Part shown: positions 55,666 through 64,000 of the stretch, piece after piece
Layout of the letters: each line of letters opens with the position of its first letter
How positions within the stretch are numbered: the first letter of the stretch is position 1
Source: Micromonosporaceae bacterium
Lineage (GTDB): Bacteria > Actinomycetota > Actinomycetes > Mycobacteriales > Micromonosporaceae
Length of the DNA: 64,000 nt
NCBI GenBank assembly: GCA_036506495.1
Contig: DASXRQ010000253.1
Span: 163-64,162, forward strand
Direction: 5' to 3'
Position numbers and translations under genes: made by a program
The notes under the pieces: generated by a model
The model's database searches: none
What the model was told of the DNA's origin: nothing
What the model saw: the letters and a program-made list of their open reading frames with translations, nothing else

Positions 55666-56482
55666 GCGTGAACGGCAGCATCACGTCGTGCCCGGTCTGT
55701 ACGACGCCGTAGGTCGACTCTGGCACCGCGTTCCAGGCACCGGGAAGGTCACCGAGCGGCTCGGAGACGATGAGGCGAGTTTCGTCGGAGACCCGGTGGA
55801 ATGTCGGGTTGTCCGGGTACAGCTCACGCAGCGTACCCACGTCGGTGCTGTAGAACAGCGACCGCGACCGCCGCTCGGAGGAGTACCTGAAGGCCCACAC
55901 CCGGTCGCCGTCGGACGTCGCGACCGTCATCTGGATGGGGTGTTCGATCCCGTGCCCGTGCCCGGTGGCCTCGACGAAGCCGACCATGCGCTGGACCGCG
56001 GCCGGCGGGTCGTCGGCCAGACCGAACGAGAGCGCAAGGAAGAACATCAGCTCGGAGTCGGTCGACCCCTCGATCGAGGAGAACAGCTCGGGGTCCACGG
56101 CCATGGCCAGGTCCCGCTTGACGCGGTGGTACTCCGCTATGGACCCGTTGTGCATCCACAGCCAGCGCCCGTACCGGAACGGGTGGCAGTTGGTCTCCTG
56201 GACCGCCGTGCCGGTGGACGCGCGGATGTGGGCCAGGAAGATCGGCGAACGGATGTGCACGGCGAGATCGCGGAGGTTGCGATCGCTCCACGCCGGCCCC
56301 GTCCCCCGGAACACGCCAGGCGGCTCGTCGCCGGTGTACCAGCCGACGCCGAAGCCGTCGCCGTTGGTGGTCTCGACCCCCATCCGGGCATGCCGGCTCT
56401 GGTCGATCAGCGAGTGGGCGGGTTTGTAGAGCACGTCCTCGAGTGCGACGGGTGAGCCCAAGTACGCGAGCCATCGACACAT
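55652..56482 (-). CDS. Class II (Ntn) glutamine amidotransferase domain protein (YafJ/EgtC-like)
   Basis: Starts MCRWLAYLG, giving the nucleophile Cys2 after Met removal. Motifs NGDGFGVGWY and NCHPF. Lies 26 nt downstream of gadB. Confidence 0.85.
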   Translation of the reverse strand: MCRWLAYLGSPVALEDVLYKPAHSLIDQSRHARMGVETTNGDGFGVGWYTGDEPPGVFRGTGPAWSDRNLRDLAVHIRSPIFLAHIRASTGTAVQETNCHPFRYGRWLWMHNGSIAEYHRVKRDLAMAVDPELFSSIEGSTDSELMFFLALSFGLADDPPAAVQRMVGFVEATGHGHGIEHPIQMTVATSDGDRVWAFRYSSERRSRSLFYSTDVGTLRELYPDNPTFHRVSDETRLIVSEPLGDLPGAWNAVPESTYGVVQTGHDVMLPFTPTGS

Positions 56483-56508
56483 GGTCACCTCCAAGGTGCC
56501 GGCATCGG

Positions 56509-57909
56509 TCAGTGGTGGAACGACGACGCGTTCTCAGCCGACTGGAGTGGACCCGGCTGGCTCTCGAGCTCGGGCAGCAACCGGTGCAGGTCGTCCAGCA
56601 GGAGGTCGGCCAGGTCGTGGGAGAACCCGTGGCGCACGACGACACGCAGCACCGCGAGGTCCGTGCGGTTCTCCGGGAAGGTGTACGCCGGCACAAGCCA
56701 GCCGCGTTCGCGCAACCGCCGGGAGACGTCGAAGACGTTGATGCGGGTGACGTCGTCATGGGTGGTGAACGCGAAGACCGGCAGCTGGTCGCCGCGGCTG
56801 AGCAGCCGGAACGGGCCGACCGCGGCGATCCGGTCGGACAGGTAGGTGGCGATCTCGCGGGAAACCAGCTGCACGGCCCGGAACCCGGCGCGGCCGAGGC
56901 GGAAGAACGTGTAGTACTGGGCGACGACCTCGGCGCCGGGGCGGGAGAAGTTCAGCGCGAACGTCGGCATGGTTCCGCCGAGGTAGTTCACCTCGAAGAC
57001 CAGCTCCGCGGGGAGCAGCCGGCGGTCCCGCCACACCACCCAGCCCACGCCGGGGTAGACCAGGCCGTACTTGTGCCCCGACGTGTTGATCGAGGCGACA
57101 CGCGGCAGCCGGAAGTCCCACGGCAGGTCCGGATCCAGGAACGGGGCGACCATCGCGCCCGACGCGCCGTCGACGTGCACCGGGATGTCCCATCCGGTAC
57201 GCCCCTGTAGGTCGTCGAGGGCGGCCGCGATCTCGGCGACCGGTTCGTAGCTGCCGTCGAAGGTGGAGCCCAGGATGGCCACCACGCCGATGGTGTTCTC
57301 GTCGCACCGGGCCACGGCCTCCTCGGCGGACAGGTGGTAGCGGTCACCGTCCATCGGCACGAGTCGAGGCTCCACCTCCCAGTAGTTGCAGAACTTGTCC
57401 CAGCACACCTGGACGTTGATGCCCATGACCAGGTTGGGCCGGGCGGTCGACCGGCCGGCCGCGGCCGCCCAGCGGCGCTTGAGCGCCATCCCGGCGAGCA
57501 TGCAGGCCTCACTCGAACCGGTCGTCGAGCAGCCGATGACGTTCGCGGGGTCGGGGGCGTGCCACAGGTTGGCGAGGATGCTCACGCAGCGCTGCTCGAA
57601 CTCCGCCGTCTGCGGGTACTCGTCCTTGTCGATCATGTTCTTGTCGACGCACTCGGCCATGAGCCGCTGGGCCTGAGGCTCCATCCACGTCGTGACGAAC
57701 GTGGCCAGGTTCAGCCGGGCGTTGCCGTCCAGCATGAGCTCGTCGTGGATCAGTTGATACGCGACCTCGGGCGGCACCGGGTCGTCGGCCAACGCGTCGA
57801 TCGGCGGCACCACCTCGCGACCGAGGTCCGGGTTCGCCGCGGTCGCGAGCGTGTTGCCGGCGTGGCGGCCGGAGCGGTCGCCGGTCACCGTGCCCGTATG
57901 CAGCGCCAT
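56509..57909 (-). CDS. gadB: Glutamate decarboxylase (PLP-dependent)
   Basis: 466 aa with NLATFVTTWMEP, IDKDEYPQTAE and the PLP-lysine motif SGHKYG. Confidence 0.9.
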   Translation of the reverse strand: MALHTGTVTGDRSGRHAGNTLATAANPDLGREVVPPIDALADDPVPPEVAYQLIHDELMLDGNARLNLATFVTTWMEPQAQRLMAECVDKNMIDKDEYPQTAEFEQRCVSILANLWHAPDPANVIGCSTTGSSEACMLAGMALKRRWAAAAGRSTARPNLVMGINVQVCWDKFCNYWEVEPRLVPMDGDRYHLSAEEAVARCDENTIGVVAILGSTFDGSYEPVAEIAAALDDLQGRTGWDIPVHVDGASGAMVAPFLDPDLPWDFRLPRVASINTSGHKYGLVYPGVGWVVWRDRRLLPAELVFEVNYLGGTMPTFALNFSRPGAEVVAQYYTFFRLGRAGFRAVQLVSREIATYLSDRIAAVGPFRLLSRGDQLPVFAFTTHDDVTRINVFDVSRRLRERGWLVPAYTFPENRTDLAVLRVVVRHGFSHDLADLLLDDLHRLLPELESQPGPLQSAENASSFHH

Positions 57910-57918
57910 GCCGCCAGC

Positions 57919-58542
57919 CTAGAGAGCGCATGAGCGGCGTGACCCGCGAACGCCCAGGCCGGCCGCGACGAGCAGCAGCACCGCGACCACACCGGTGATC
58001 GCCGCGACGTGGTGCAGCGTCGCGGTGGAGACATCCCGCGCGAAGACGATGCCCAGCAGCGCCGCGGACGAGATGGCGCCGATGTACCGGCCGGTCTGGA
58101 ACAACCCCGCGGCGACGCCGGCGTTGTCCGCGCTCGCGCTGCGGTAGAGGGCCGACTGGAGGCCAATGTTGTTGAACCCGTTCGGCAGCCCGAGCACCGC
58201 GGTGACCGCCACGATTCCGATCACCGACGTGGTGCCGTTCACGAGCAGGAGCGCGCCACAGCCCGCGACCAGACCCACCGACCCGATCAGCAGCGGCAGC
58301 CAGGCGCCGACGCTCCCGGCCAACCGCGCCGCGACCGGTGTCGCCACCACACCGAGGGCGGCGATCGGCTGCATCAGCAGGCCGGTGGTGGCCGGCGGGA
58401 AGAGGCGTACGCGCTCCAGCCACATCGGCAGCCCGAAGAACACGGCGTAGAAAACCCCCTGAACGGCGACCTGCTCCACCAGCACCGCCACCATCGTCCG
58501 GTTCTGGCCGAGCGCGCGCATATCGAGGAACGGGCTGGGCAC
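57919..58542 (-). pseudogene. C-terminal half (about 6 TM) of an MFS transporter; N-terminal half absent
   Basis: Homology starts at the central loop (...FLDMRALGQNRTM...). The upstream 600 bp needed for TM1-6 is occupied by the alpha-glucosidase gene. Stop lies 9 nt before the gadB start. Confidence 0.6.
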
Positions 58543-58638
58543 GCGGCGACAGGGAACGGCACCCGCGGGCGGGCAGGTGCCTCCTCGAGCGCGTCGATCG
58601 GCTCGGTCCGGCTCACCCCCAGTTTCTACCCAGGGCCG

Positions 58639-60306
58639 CTACCCGGACACGACCCAGGCCGCGCTGTCCGCCGGTAGCCGGCCGTGCGCGAGCGGCCCGC
58701 TGGCGAGCATGACCGTGCTGGCCGCCGGCAGGGCGACCGGGCGGTCGGACAGGTTGACCACGCACGTGAACGTGGCGTGGGTACCCCGGCTGAACGCCAG
58801 CACCGACTCCGGCGCCGGCAGCCAGCGAAACTCGCCATCCCCGAGGCTCGGCTCCCGGCGGCGGTACGCCAGCGCGCGGCGGTACAGCGCCAGCATCGAG
58901 TCCGGGTCGTTCGCCTCCGCCTCGACGGTTCGGTCGCGCCACGAACGCGGCTGAGGGAGCCAGGGCTCACGCCGCGCACCGGCCGGGCTGAAGCCGAACG
59001 GTGGCTCCTGACCCGACCACGGAATCGGCACCCGGCACCCGTCGCGGCCGAGGTTCGCGCCGCGGGTACGGAAGAACATCGGATCCTGGCGGAGCGCGTC
59101 CGGAATCTCCTCCACCTCCTCCAGGCCGAGCTCCTCGCCCTGGTAGATGTAGACCGATCCGGGCAGGGCCAGGGTGAGCAGCACGGCCGCCCGGGCGCGG
59201 CGCAGGCCGAGCGCCCGATCGGTGGGCGCACCCAGCTGCCGGTACTCGAGGGTGAACGACGTGTCGGCGCGGCCGTACCGGGTGACGTGGCGCGGAACGT
59301 CGTGGTTGGACAGTACCCACGTGGCCGGCGCCCCGACGGGTGCGTGGATCGCGAGCGTCTCGTCGATGACGCCGCGCAACGCGCCGGGGTCCCAGGGGCA
59401 GCCGAGGAACGCGAAGTTGAAGACGGTGTGGATCTCGTCGGGGCGCATGTACGCGGCGAACCGTTCGGCGTCCGGCAGCCACACCTCGCCGATGAGCGCC
59501 CGGGGCTCGGGGTAGCCGTCCGCGATCGCGCGCCACGCCCGATACACGTCGTGCACCTCGTCCCGGTCGGCGTACGGGTGGGGGATCGGCGGGCGGTCGG
59601 GGTCGAAGTCCGCCAGCTCGCGATCCTTCATCAGCAGCGCGGCGGAGTCGATGCGTACGCCATCGGCGCCGCGGTCGAACCAGAACCGTAGGACGTCCTC
59701 GAACTCCTCGCGTACCTTAGGGTTCTCCCAGTTCAGGTCCGGCTGCTCGGCGGCGAACAGGTGCAGGTACCACTCGCCGGGGGTGCCGTCCGGGTTCGTG
59801 GTCCGGGTCCAGGCCGGGCCGCCGAAGATGGACTGCCAGTCGTTGGGCGGCAGCTCGCCGTCCGGGCCCCGCCCGGGCCGGAACCAGAACAGGTCGCGCG
59901 CGGCCGAGCCGGGGCCGGTGCGCAGCGCCTCCCGAAACCACGGGTGGGCGTCCGAGCAGTGGTTCGGCACCACGTCGATGATGATGCGGATGCCCGACGC
60001 ATGCGCCTCGCGGATCAGCTCCTCGGCCTCCGCCAGCGTGCCGAAGACCGGGTCGATCTCGCGGTAGTCGGCGACGTCGTAGCCGGCGTCCGCCTGCGGC
60101 GAGGCGTACCAGGGGTTGAACCAGACCGCGTCCACACCGAGGACGGCCAGGTGGTCGAGGTGGGCGCGGACGCCGCCCAGGTCGCCGATGCCGTCCCCGT
60201 TGCTGTCCGCGAAGCTGCGCGGATAGACCTGGTAGATGACCGCCGAACGCCACCACTGTTTGTCATCCACGTGGGCCTGCTTCCCTGGTCGACTGGTTTC
60301 TGGCAT
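58639..60306 (-). CDS. aglA: GH13 alpha-glucosidase / oligo-1,6-glucosidase
   Basis: ATG 60306. Motifs WWRSAVIYQVYPRSF, DVVPNH, GVRIDSA, GEVW and SNHD. Confidence 0.9.
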   Translation of the reverse strand: MPETSRPGKQAHVDDKQWWRSAVIYQVYPRSFADSNGDGIGDLGGVRAHLDHLAVLGVDAVWFNPWYASPQADAGYDVADYREIDPVFGTLAEAEELIREAHASGIRIIIDVVPNHCSDAHPWFREALRTGPGSAARDLFWFRPGRGPDGELPPNDWQSIFGGPAWTRTTNPDGTPGEWYLHLFAAEQPDLNWENPKVREEFEDVLRFWFDRGADGVRIDSAALLMKDRELADFDPDRPPIPHPYADRDEVHDVYRAWRAIADGYPEPRALIGEVWLPDAERFAAYMRPDEIHTVFNFAFLGCPWDPGALRGVIDETLAIHAPVGAPATWVLSNHDVPRHVTRYGRADTSFTLEYRQLGAPTDRALGLRRARAAVLLTLALPGSVYIYQGEELGLEEVEEIPDALRQDPMFFRTRGANLGRDGCRVPIPWSGQEPPFGFSPAGARREPWLPQPRSWRDRTVEAEANDPDSMLALYRRALAYRRREPSLGDGEFRWLPAPESVLAFSRGTHATFTCVVNLSDRPVALPAASTVMLASGPLAHGRLPADSAAWVVSG

Positions 60307-60362
60307 GGCTGCGCCCGCCGGACGGGCGCGCAAGCGCGTCGCCGGTGCGAAGAATTGGCTGG

Positions 60363-61250
60363 CTACCCCTTCAAGCTCCCGGTCGTCAGACCGGACATGA
60401 TGTTCTTCTGGAAGATCAGGAAGAACACGATCGTGGGGATCGCGGCGATGACCGCGGCCGCGACCACCACGTTCATCGGCGTGCCGCCGGCGAAGGCGTA
60501 GATGCCGACGCTGACGGTGCGCGTCTCGGGTGACGGCATCACCAGCTTCGGCCAGAGGAAGTCCTTCCAGACCGCGGTCACCGCGAAGATCGACACCACG
60601 CCGAGGATCGGGCGAGAGATCGGCAGGATGATCGACCACAGCGTGCGCAACGGCGTCGCTCCGTCCATGATGGCCGCCGACATCAGCTCCTCCGGTATCG
60701 AGTCGAAGAACCGCTTGAGCAGGAAGATGTTGAACGCGTTCGCGACCGTGGGCAGCCAGATCGCGAACGGCGAGTCGAGCAGTCCGATGTGGACGATCGG
60801 CAGGTCGATCACCGTGACGTACTGCGGGATGATCAGCACCATCGCCGGGATCATCAGGGTCGCGAGCATCAGGCCCAGGATCAGGTTGCCGAGCGCGGGA
60901 CGCAGCTTCGACAGGGCGTACGCCGCGGCGGTGTCCAGCACGAGCTGGAACAGCACGGCGCCGACCGCGTAGTAGAACGTGTTGAACAACAGCTTGGCGA
61001 GGTTCAACCGGCTCCACGCGTCGGTGTAGTTGTGCGCTTCGGGGTGCTTCGGGAACAGCGTAGGCGGCGTCTGCGCGATCTCCTGCCCGGACTTGAGCGC
61101 ACCGGTAACCATCCAGTACAGCGGTCCGATGAATATGAGCGTGAATGCGACGAGCACGACGACGAGGACGGCCCAGTAGGCCGCCCTGCCCCGCCCGCGG
61201 GTGAGCTGAGCGTGGGAGATCAGCGTCCGGGATCCCAAGTCCTTCGCCAT
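60363..61250 (-). CDS. malG: Carbohydrate ABC transporter permease (MalG-like)
   Basis: 295 aa from ATG 61250 with the EAA-loop region (EELMSAAIMDGATPLRTLWSIILP). Confidence 0.8.
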   Translation of the reverse strand: MAKDLGSRTLISHAQLTRGRGRAAYWAVLVVVLVAFTLIFIGPLYWMVTGALKSGQEIAQTPPTLFPKHPEAHNYTDAWSRLNLAKLLFNTFYYAVGAVLFQLVLDTAAAYALSKLRPALGNLILGLMLATLMIPAMVLIIPQYVTVIDLPIVHIGLLDSPFAIWLPTVANAFNIFLLKRFFDSIPEELMSAAIMDGATPLRTLWSIILPISRPILGVVSIFAVTAVWKDFLWPKLVMPSPETRTVSVGIYAFAGGTPMNVVVAAAVIAAIPTIVFFLIFQKNIMSGLTTGSLKG

Positions 61251-61258
61251 GGCCTCCC

Positions 61259-62209
61259 CTAGAGCTTCGAGTTCAGCCGGACGTAGACGGCGGAGAAGCC
61301 GCCCAGGACGATCAGCATGATCACGCCAAGCGCCGCGGCGCCGTTGAGGTCGTTCTGGAAGAACCCATGCTGATAGATGAGGTACGCCACCGAGGTCGCC
61401 GAATCCTGTGAACCCGCCCCGTTGGCGAGGATCAGGGGCTCGATGAACAGCTGCATGGTCGCGACGATCTGGAGCATGGCCATCAGGGAAAGGATCAGCT
61501 TGGTCTGCGGGATCGTCACGTGCCGGATCCGGCCCCAGATGCCGGCGCCGTCCAGCTCCGCCGCCTCGTACAGGTCGCCCGGGATGTTCTGCAGGGCGGC
61601 CAGATAGATCAGGACCGCGCCGCCCATGTTCATCCAGGTCGACGCCAGCACCATCGCCGGCATCGTCATCCGCGGCGACTGCATCCACTGCGAGGTCGGC
61701 AGGTGCACGGCCTTCAGGATCGCGTTGAACAGGCCGGCGTCGCTGGGGTCGTACGCGTAGTACTTGAACAGGAACAGCGCGGAGGCCGGCGGGAGCATCA
61801 CCGGAAGGTAGACCAGCGCCCGCAAGTACCCCGTGGCGTGCCGGAACTCGTTGAGCAGGATCGCCACGAAGAACGGCATGGCGTACCCGAAGATGAGCGC
61901 CAGCACGGTGAAGTAGGCCGTGTTCTTCCAGGCCGTCCAGAAGCTCGGATCGTGGACGATCCGCTCGTAGTTGTCCCACCCGACCCACGTGGTCACGCCG
62001 CGCCGGGTCCGCTGGAAGCTCATGATGACGCCGCGAATCATCGGGTACCAGGCGAAGACGGCGAAGCACACCACGGCACCGGCCAGGAACGTGTACCCGG
62101 TCAGGTTGTCCCGCACCTTGCGGCCGCGGGCGGTGCGCGGGCCGCGGACCGACGGCGGCCGGGCGCGGCGCCGTTCGTCGGTGGTGCCCGGTACCGTGAT
62201 GATCGCCAT
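61259..62209 (-). CDS. malF: Carbohydrate ABC transporter permease (MalF-like)
   Basis: 316 aa from MAIITVPG with the EAA loop (LYEAAELDGAGIWGRIRHVTIP). Confidence 0.8.
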   Translation of the reverse strand: MAIITVPGTTDERRRARPPSVRGPRTARGRKVRDNLTGYTFLAGAVVCFAVFAWYPMIRGVIMSFQRTRRGVTTWVGWDNYERIVHDPSFWTAWKNTAYFTVLALIFGYAMPFFVAILLNEFRHATGYLRALVYLPVMLPPASALFLFKYYAYDPSDAGLFNAILKAVHLPTSQWMQSPRMTMPAMVLASTWMNMGGAVLIYLAALQNIPGDLYEAAELDGAGIWGRIRHVTIPQTKLILSLMAMLQIVATMQLFIEPLILANGAGSQDSATSVAYLIYQHGFFQNDLNGAAALGVIMLIVLGGFSAVYVRLNSKL

Positions 62210-62262
62210 CGTGTCTCCCTGCGTGGCGGGGGCCGGCGGACGGCCGGCCCCCGCAGCGGGCA

Positions 62263-63639
62263 TCATCCGTTGGACGTCAGGATTTGGTTGACCTTGTCCT
62301 CGGCCTTCTTCAGCTGGGCGCCGGCGTCGGCCTTCGGGTCGGTCAGGATCGCCGACATCGCACCGTCGAGCACCGCGTAGATGGCCTGCGCCTGCGGCGG
62401 CTCGAACTTGATCGGGACCGGGTTGTTCTCGAAGAGCGCGAAGTCGTCAACGTTGATGTTGGCATTCGCCTTGCGCAGCTCCAGGTCCTGCTTTTGCGCC
62501 TGGCTGCCGACGGTGAACAGCTGCGGCTGCGGCAGGCCGACCGGCTGGTTCTCTGGCTTGGCGCGCGCGTAGTCGAACTGGCCCTTGCCGGGCGTTAGCT
62601 TCTCGTACGCCAGCCACAGCAGGCCCGCCTTGACCTGGTCGGGGGTGAGGCCCTTCTTGAAGAAGTAGCCCTCGCCGCCGCCCAGCGTCGCCTTCGCCGC
62701 GCCGTCCTGGCCTGGCATCGGGCCCATCGCCCAGTCCTGGTACTTGCCCTGGAACTGGGTCACGATCGCGGTGGTGGTGTCCGGCGCGCCGATGAACATG
62801 CCGACCTTGCCGGCCGCCGCGTTGGTGAGCAAGTCCGGCCACTGCAGCAGCTGCTTGGCGCCCATGCTGTTGTCGCCGTACCGCATGTCCTTGAGGTTCT
62901 GCAGGACCTGCTTGCCCAGGTCGTTGTTGAAGTCAGCCTTCTTGCCGTCGGTCGATACCATCCGGCCGCCGTGCGCGTACAGCTCGGCGGTGAAGTGCCA
63001 GCCACCGGTGTTCGCGGCGCTGTAGTCCGAGTAGCCGGCGACGCCGTTACCGAGCGCCGAGATCTTCTTGGCCGCCGCCCGCACCTCGGCCCAGGTCTTC
63101 GGCGGGTTCGTCACGTCGAGGCCGGCCTGCTGGAACAGGTTCTTGTTGTAGACGAGGCCCATCGAGTAGTTCTTCGTCGGGATGCCCCAGACCGCACCGT
63201 TGTCGGTGAAAGCGGCCTTGGCGCCCGCGTCGATGCTGTCCCAGGTCGGGATCGTGTCCTTGTTGACGTACTGGGTGACGTCCATCGCCTGCCCGGAGTC
63301 GATCACCTGCTGCAGGTCGGTCATGTACCCGTAGAAGACGTCCGTGACGGTCCCGCCCTGGAGCCGGGCGGTGAAGTCCGGTGGGTTGTCGCACTGGGCT
63401 CCCACCGAGACGCTCTTGATGGTGATGTTGGGGTGCAGCTTCTGGAACGCCACGACGTCGGCGTTCCAGTCCCGCAAGAGCTCGGCCTGAGCCCCGACCG
63501 GCTGGCAGTCGACCGTGATGGTGACCTTGCCGTCTGCTGCTTCCTTGTTGTCATTCTTTGTGGAGCACGCCGCGAGGCTGAGCCCCAGGCCGGCCGCGAG
63601 CGCGAACGCCGCGACCTTCCGATACTGCGGTGCGGACAT
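62263..63639 (-). CDS. malE: Carbohydrate ABC transporter substrate-binding lipoprotein (MalE-like)
   Basis: Start MSAPQYRK. Lipobox LAAC. Family 1 extracellular solute-binding protein features. Confidence 0.8.
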   Translation of the reverse strand: MSAPQYRKVAAFALAAGLGLSLAACSTKNDNKEAADGKVTITVDCQPVGAQAELLRDWNADVVAFQKLHPNITIKSVSVGAQCDNPPDFTARLQGGTVTDVFYGYMTDLQQVIDSGQAMDVTQYVNKDTIPTWDSIDAGAKAAFTDNGAVWGIPTKNYSMGLVYNKNLFQQAGLDVTNPPKTWAEVRAAAKKISALGNGVAGYSDYSAANTGGWHFTAELYAHGGRMVSTDGKKADFNNDLGKQVLQNLKDMRYGDNSMGAKQLLQWPDLLTNAAAGKVGMFIGAPDTTTAIVTQFQGKYQDWAMGPMPGQDGAAKATLGGGEGYFFKKGLTPDQVKAGLLWLAYEKLTPGKGQFDYARAKPENQPVGLPQPQLFTVGSQAQKQDLELRKANANINVDDFALFENNPVPIKFEPPQAQAIYAVLDGAMSAILTDPKADAGAQLKKAEDKVNQILTSNG

Positions 63640-63768
63640 CGGTCCATCCCTTCGGGGGAACGGGAGGTTCATGATCGTACTGACCTGGCCGCGGCGCCCA
63701 GCGGGTCAGGCCTGGGTGGAGTCACTGTAGCTATACCGACTCATCCCAGCAAGACTCTGACTGTGTTA

Positions 63769-63780
63769 TGCAAGTTTGCA
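63769..63780. promoter_or_regulatory. Near-palindrome TGCAAGTTTGCA, candidate MalR/LacI operator
   Basis: Lies in the low-GC divergent region between malE and the LacI gene. It contains CTTGCA-type half sites resembling the Streptomyces MalR motif CTTGCAG as I recall it. Confidence 0.3.
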
Positions 63781-63848
63781 ACTCGCAAAAGTTATGAAGT
63801 CGGCCGACTGGCTGCCGGATGGGGTCCAGACTGTCCTATCCTTGCGGG

Positions 63849-64000
63849 ATGGTGCGCGCTTCTACCCGTCGGCTGGCCGAGGTAGCCCAGAAGGTCGGGC
63901 TCAGCGAGGCCACAGTCAGCCGCGTGCTCAATGGCAAGAGCGGCGTGTCGGATGCCACCCGGGACGCCGTCCTGACCGCGCTGGACGTCCTGGGGTACGA
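63849..64000 (+). CDS. malR: LacI family transcriptional regulator, N-terminal part (continues beyond window)
   Basis: MVRASTRRLAEVAQKVGLSEATVSRVLNGKSGVSDATRDAVLTALDVLGY is a canonical LacI HTH. Divergent from the malEFG-aglA-like operon. Confidence 0.8.
   Translation, partial: MVRASTRRLAEVAQKVGLSEATVSRVLNGKSGVSDATRDAVLTALDVLGY

Noticed and set aside
1-64000. Search for mobile elements, prophage, integrase, toxin-antitoxin or defence-system genes
   Set aside because: No transposase, integrase, recombinase, restriction-modification, Cas, reverse transcriptase or phage structural signatures were seen in any of the listed ORF translations. The only mobility-like signals are the two short repeat families and the gene remnants reported as findings.

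Overview
High-GC (roughly 70-73% by eye) actinomycete-type chromosomal segment, densely coding with about 60 genes. I found no rRNA, tRNA, CRISPR array, transposase, integrase or phage genes. All calls come from reading the ORF translations and DNA from memory of protein families; no searches were run, and start codons are approximate.

Main blocks:
1. 1-8.3 kb: inositol-type catabolic locus. It holds an ABC importer, iolE, iolG, an iolH-like gene, a second TIM-barrel/Gfo-Idh-MocA pair, and a LacI repressor next to a perfect 14-bp palindrome.
2. 8.3-31.7 kb: mixed genes. These include a frameshifted PLP decarboxylase, a stand-alone LigC ligase, a DD-carboxypeptidase, an HTH regulator / DUF2231 / membrane protein / FolE unit, and a secreted phosphoesterase with a PEBP lipoprotein. 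A decay zone at 30.2-31.8 kb carries pseudogenes and two families of palindromic repeats.
3. 31.8-37.3 kb: lipid-type module (acyl-CoA synthetase, SDR, DMT) ending in a PAP2-WS/DGAT fusion protein.
4. 38.7-49.0 kb: hopanoid cluster hpnC-hpnD-hpnE-polyprenyl synthase-shc-(hpnG fused in frame to ispH)-hpnH-dxs, with a divergent PucR-type regulator.
5. 49-64 kb: CtpE-like P-type ATPase, NAD kinase, a gadB + class II amidotransferase pair behind a truncated MFS gene, and a malEFG-aglA/malR-like alpha-glucoside operon.

The observations most worth follow-up are the HpnG-IspH fusion, the PAP2-WS/DGAT fusion beside the hopanoid genes, the FolE gene coupled to two membrane proteins, the gadB-amidotransferase pair, and the two repeat families that mark gene-decay junctions. 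I did not recognise a defence system or any clearly unprecedented gene system.
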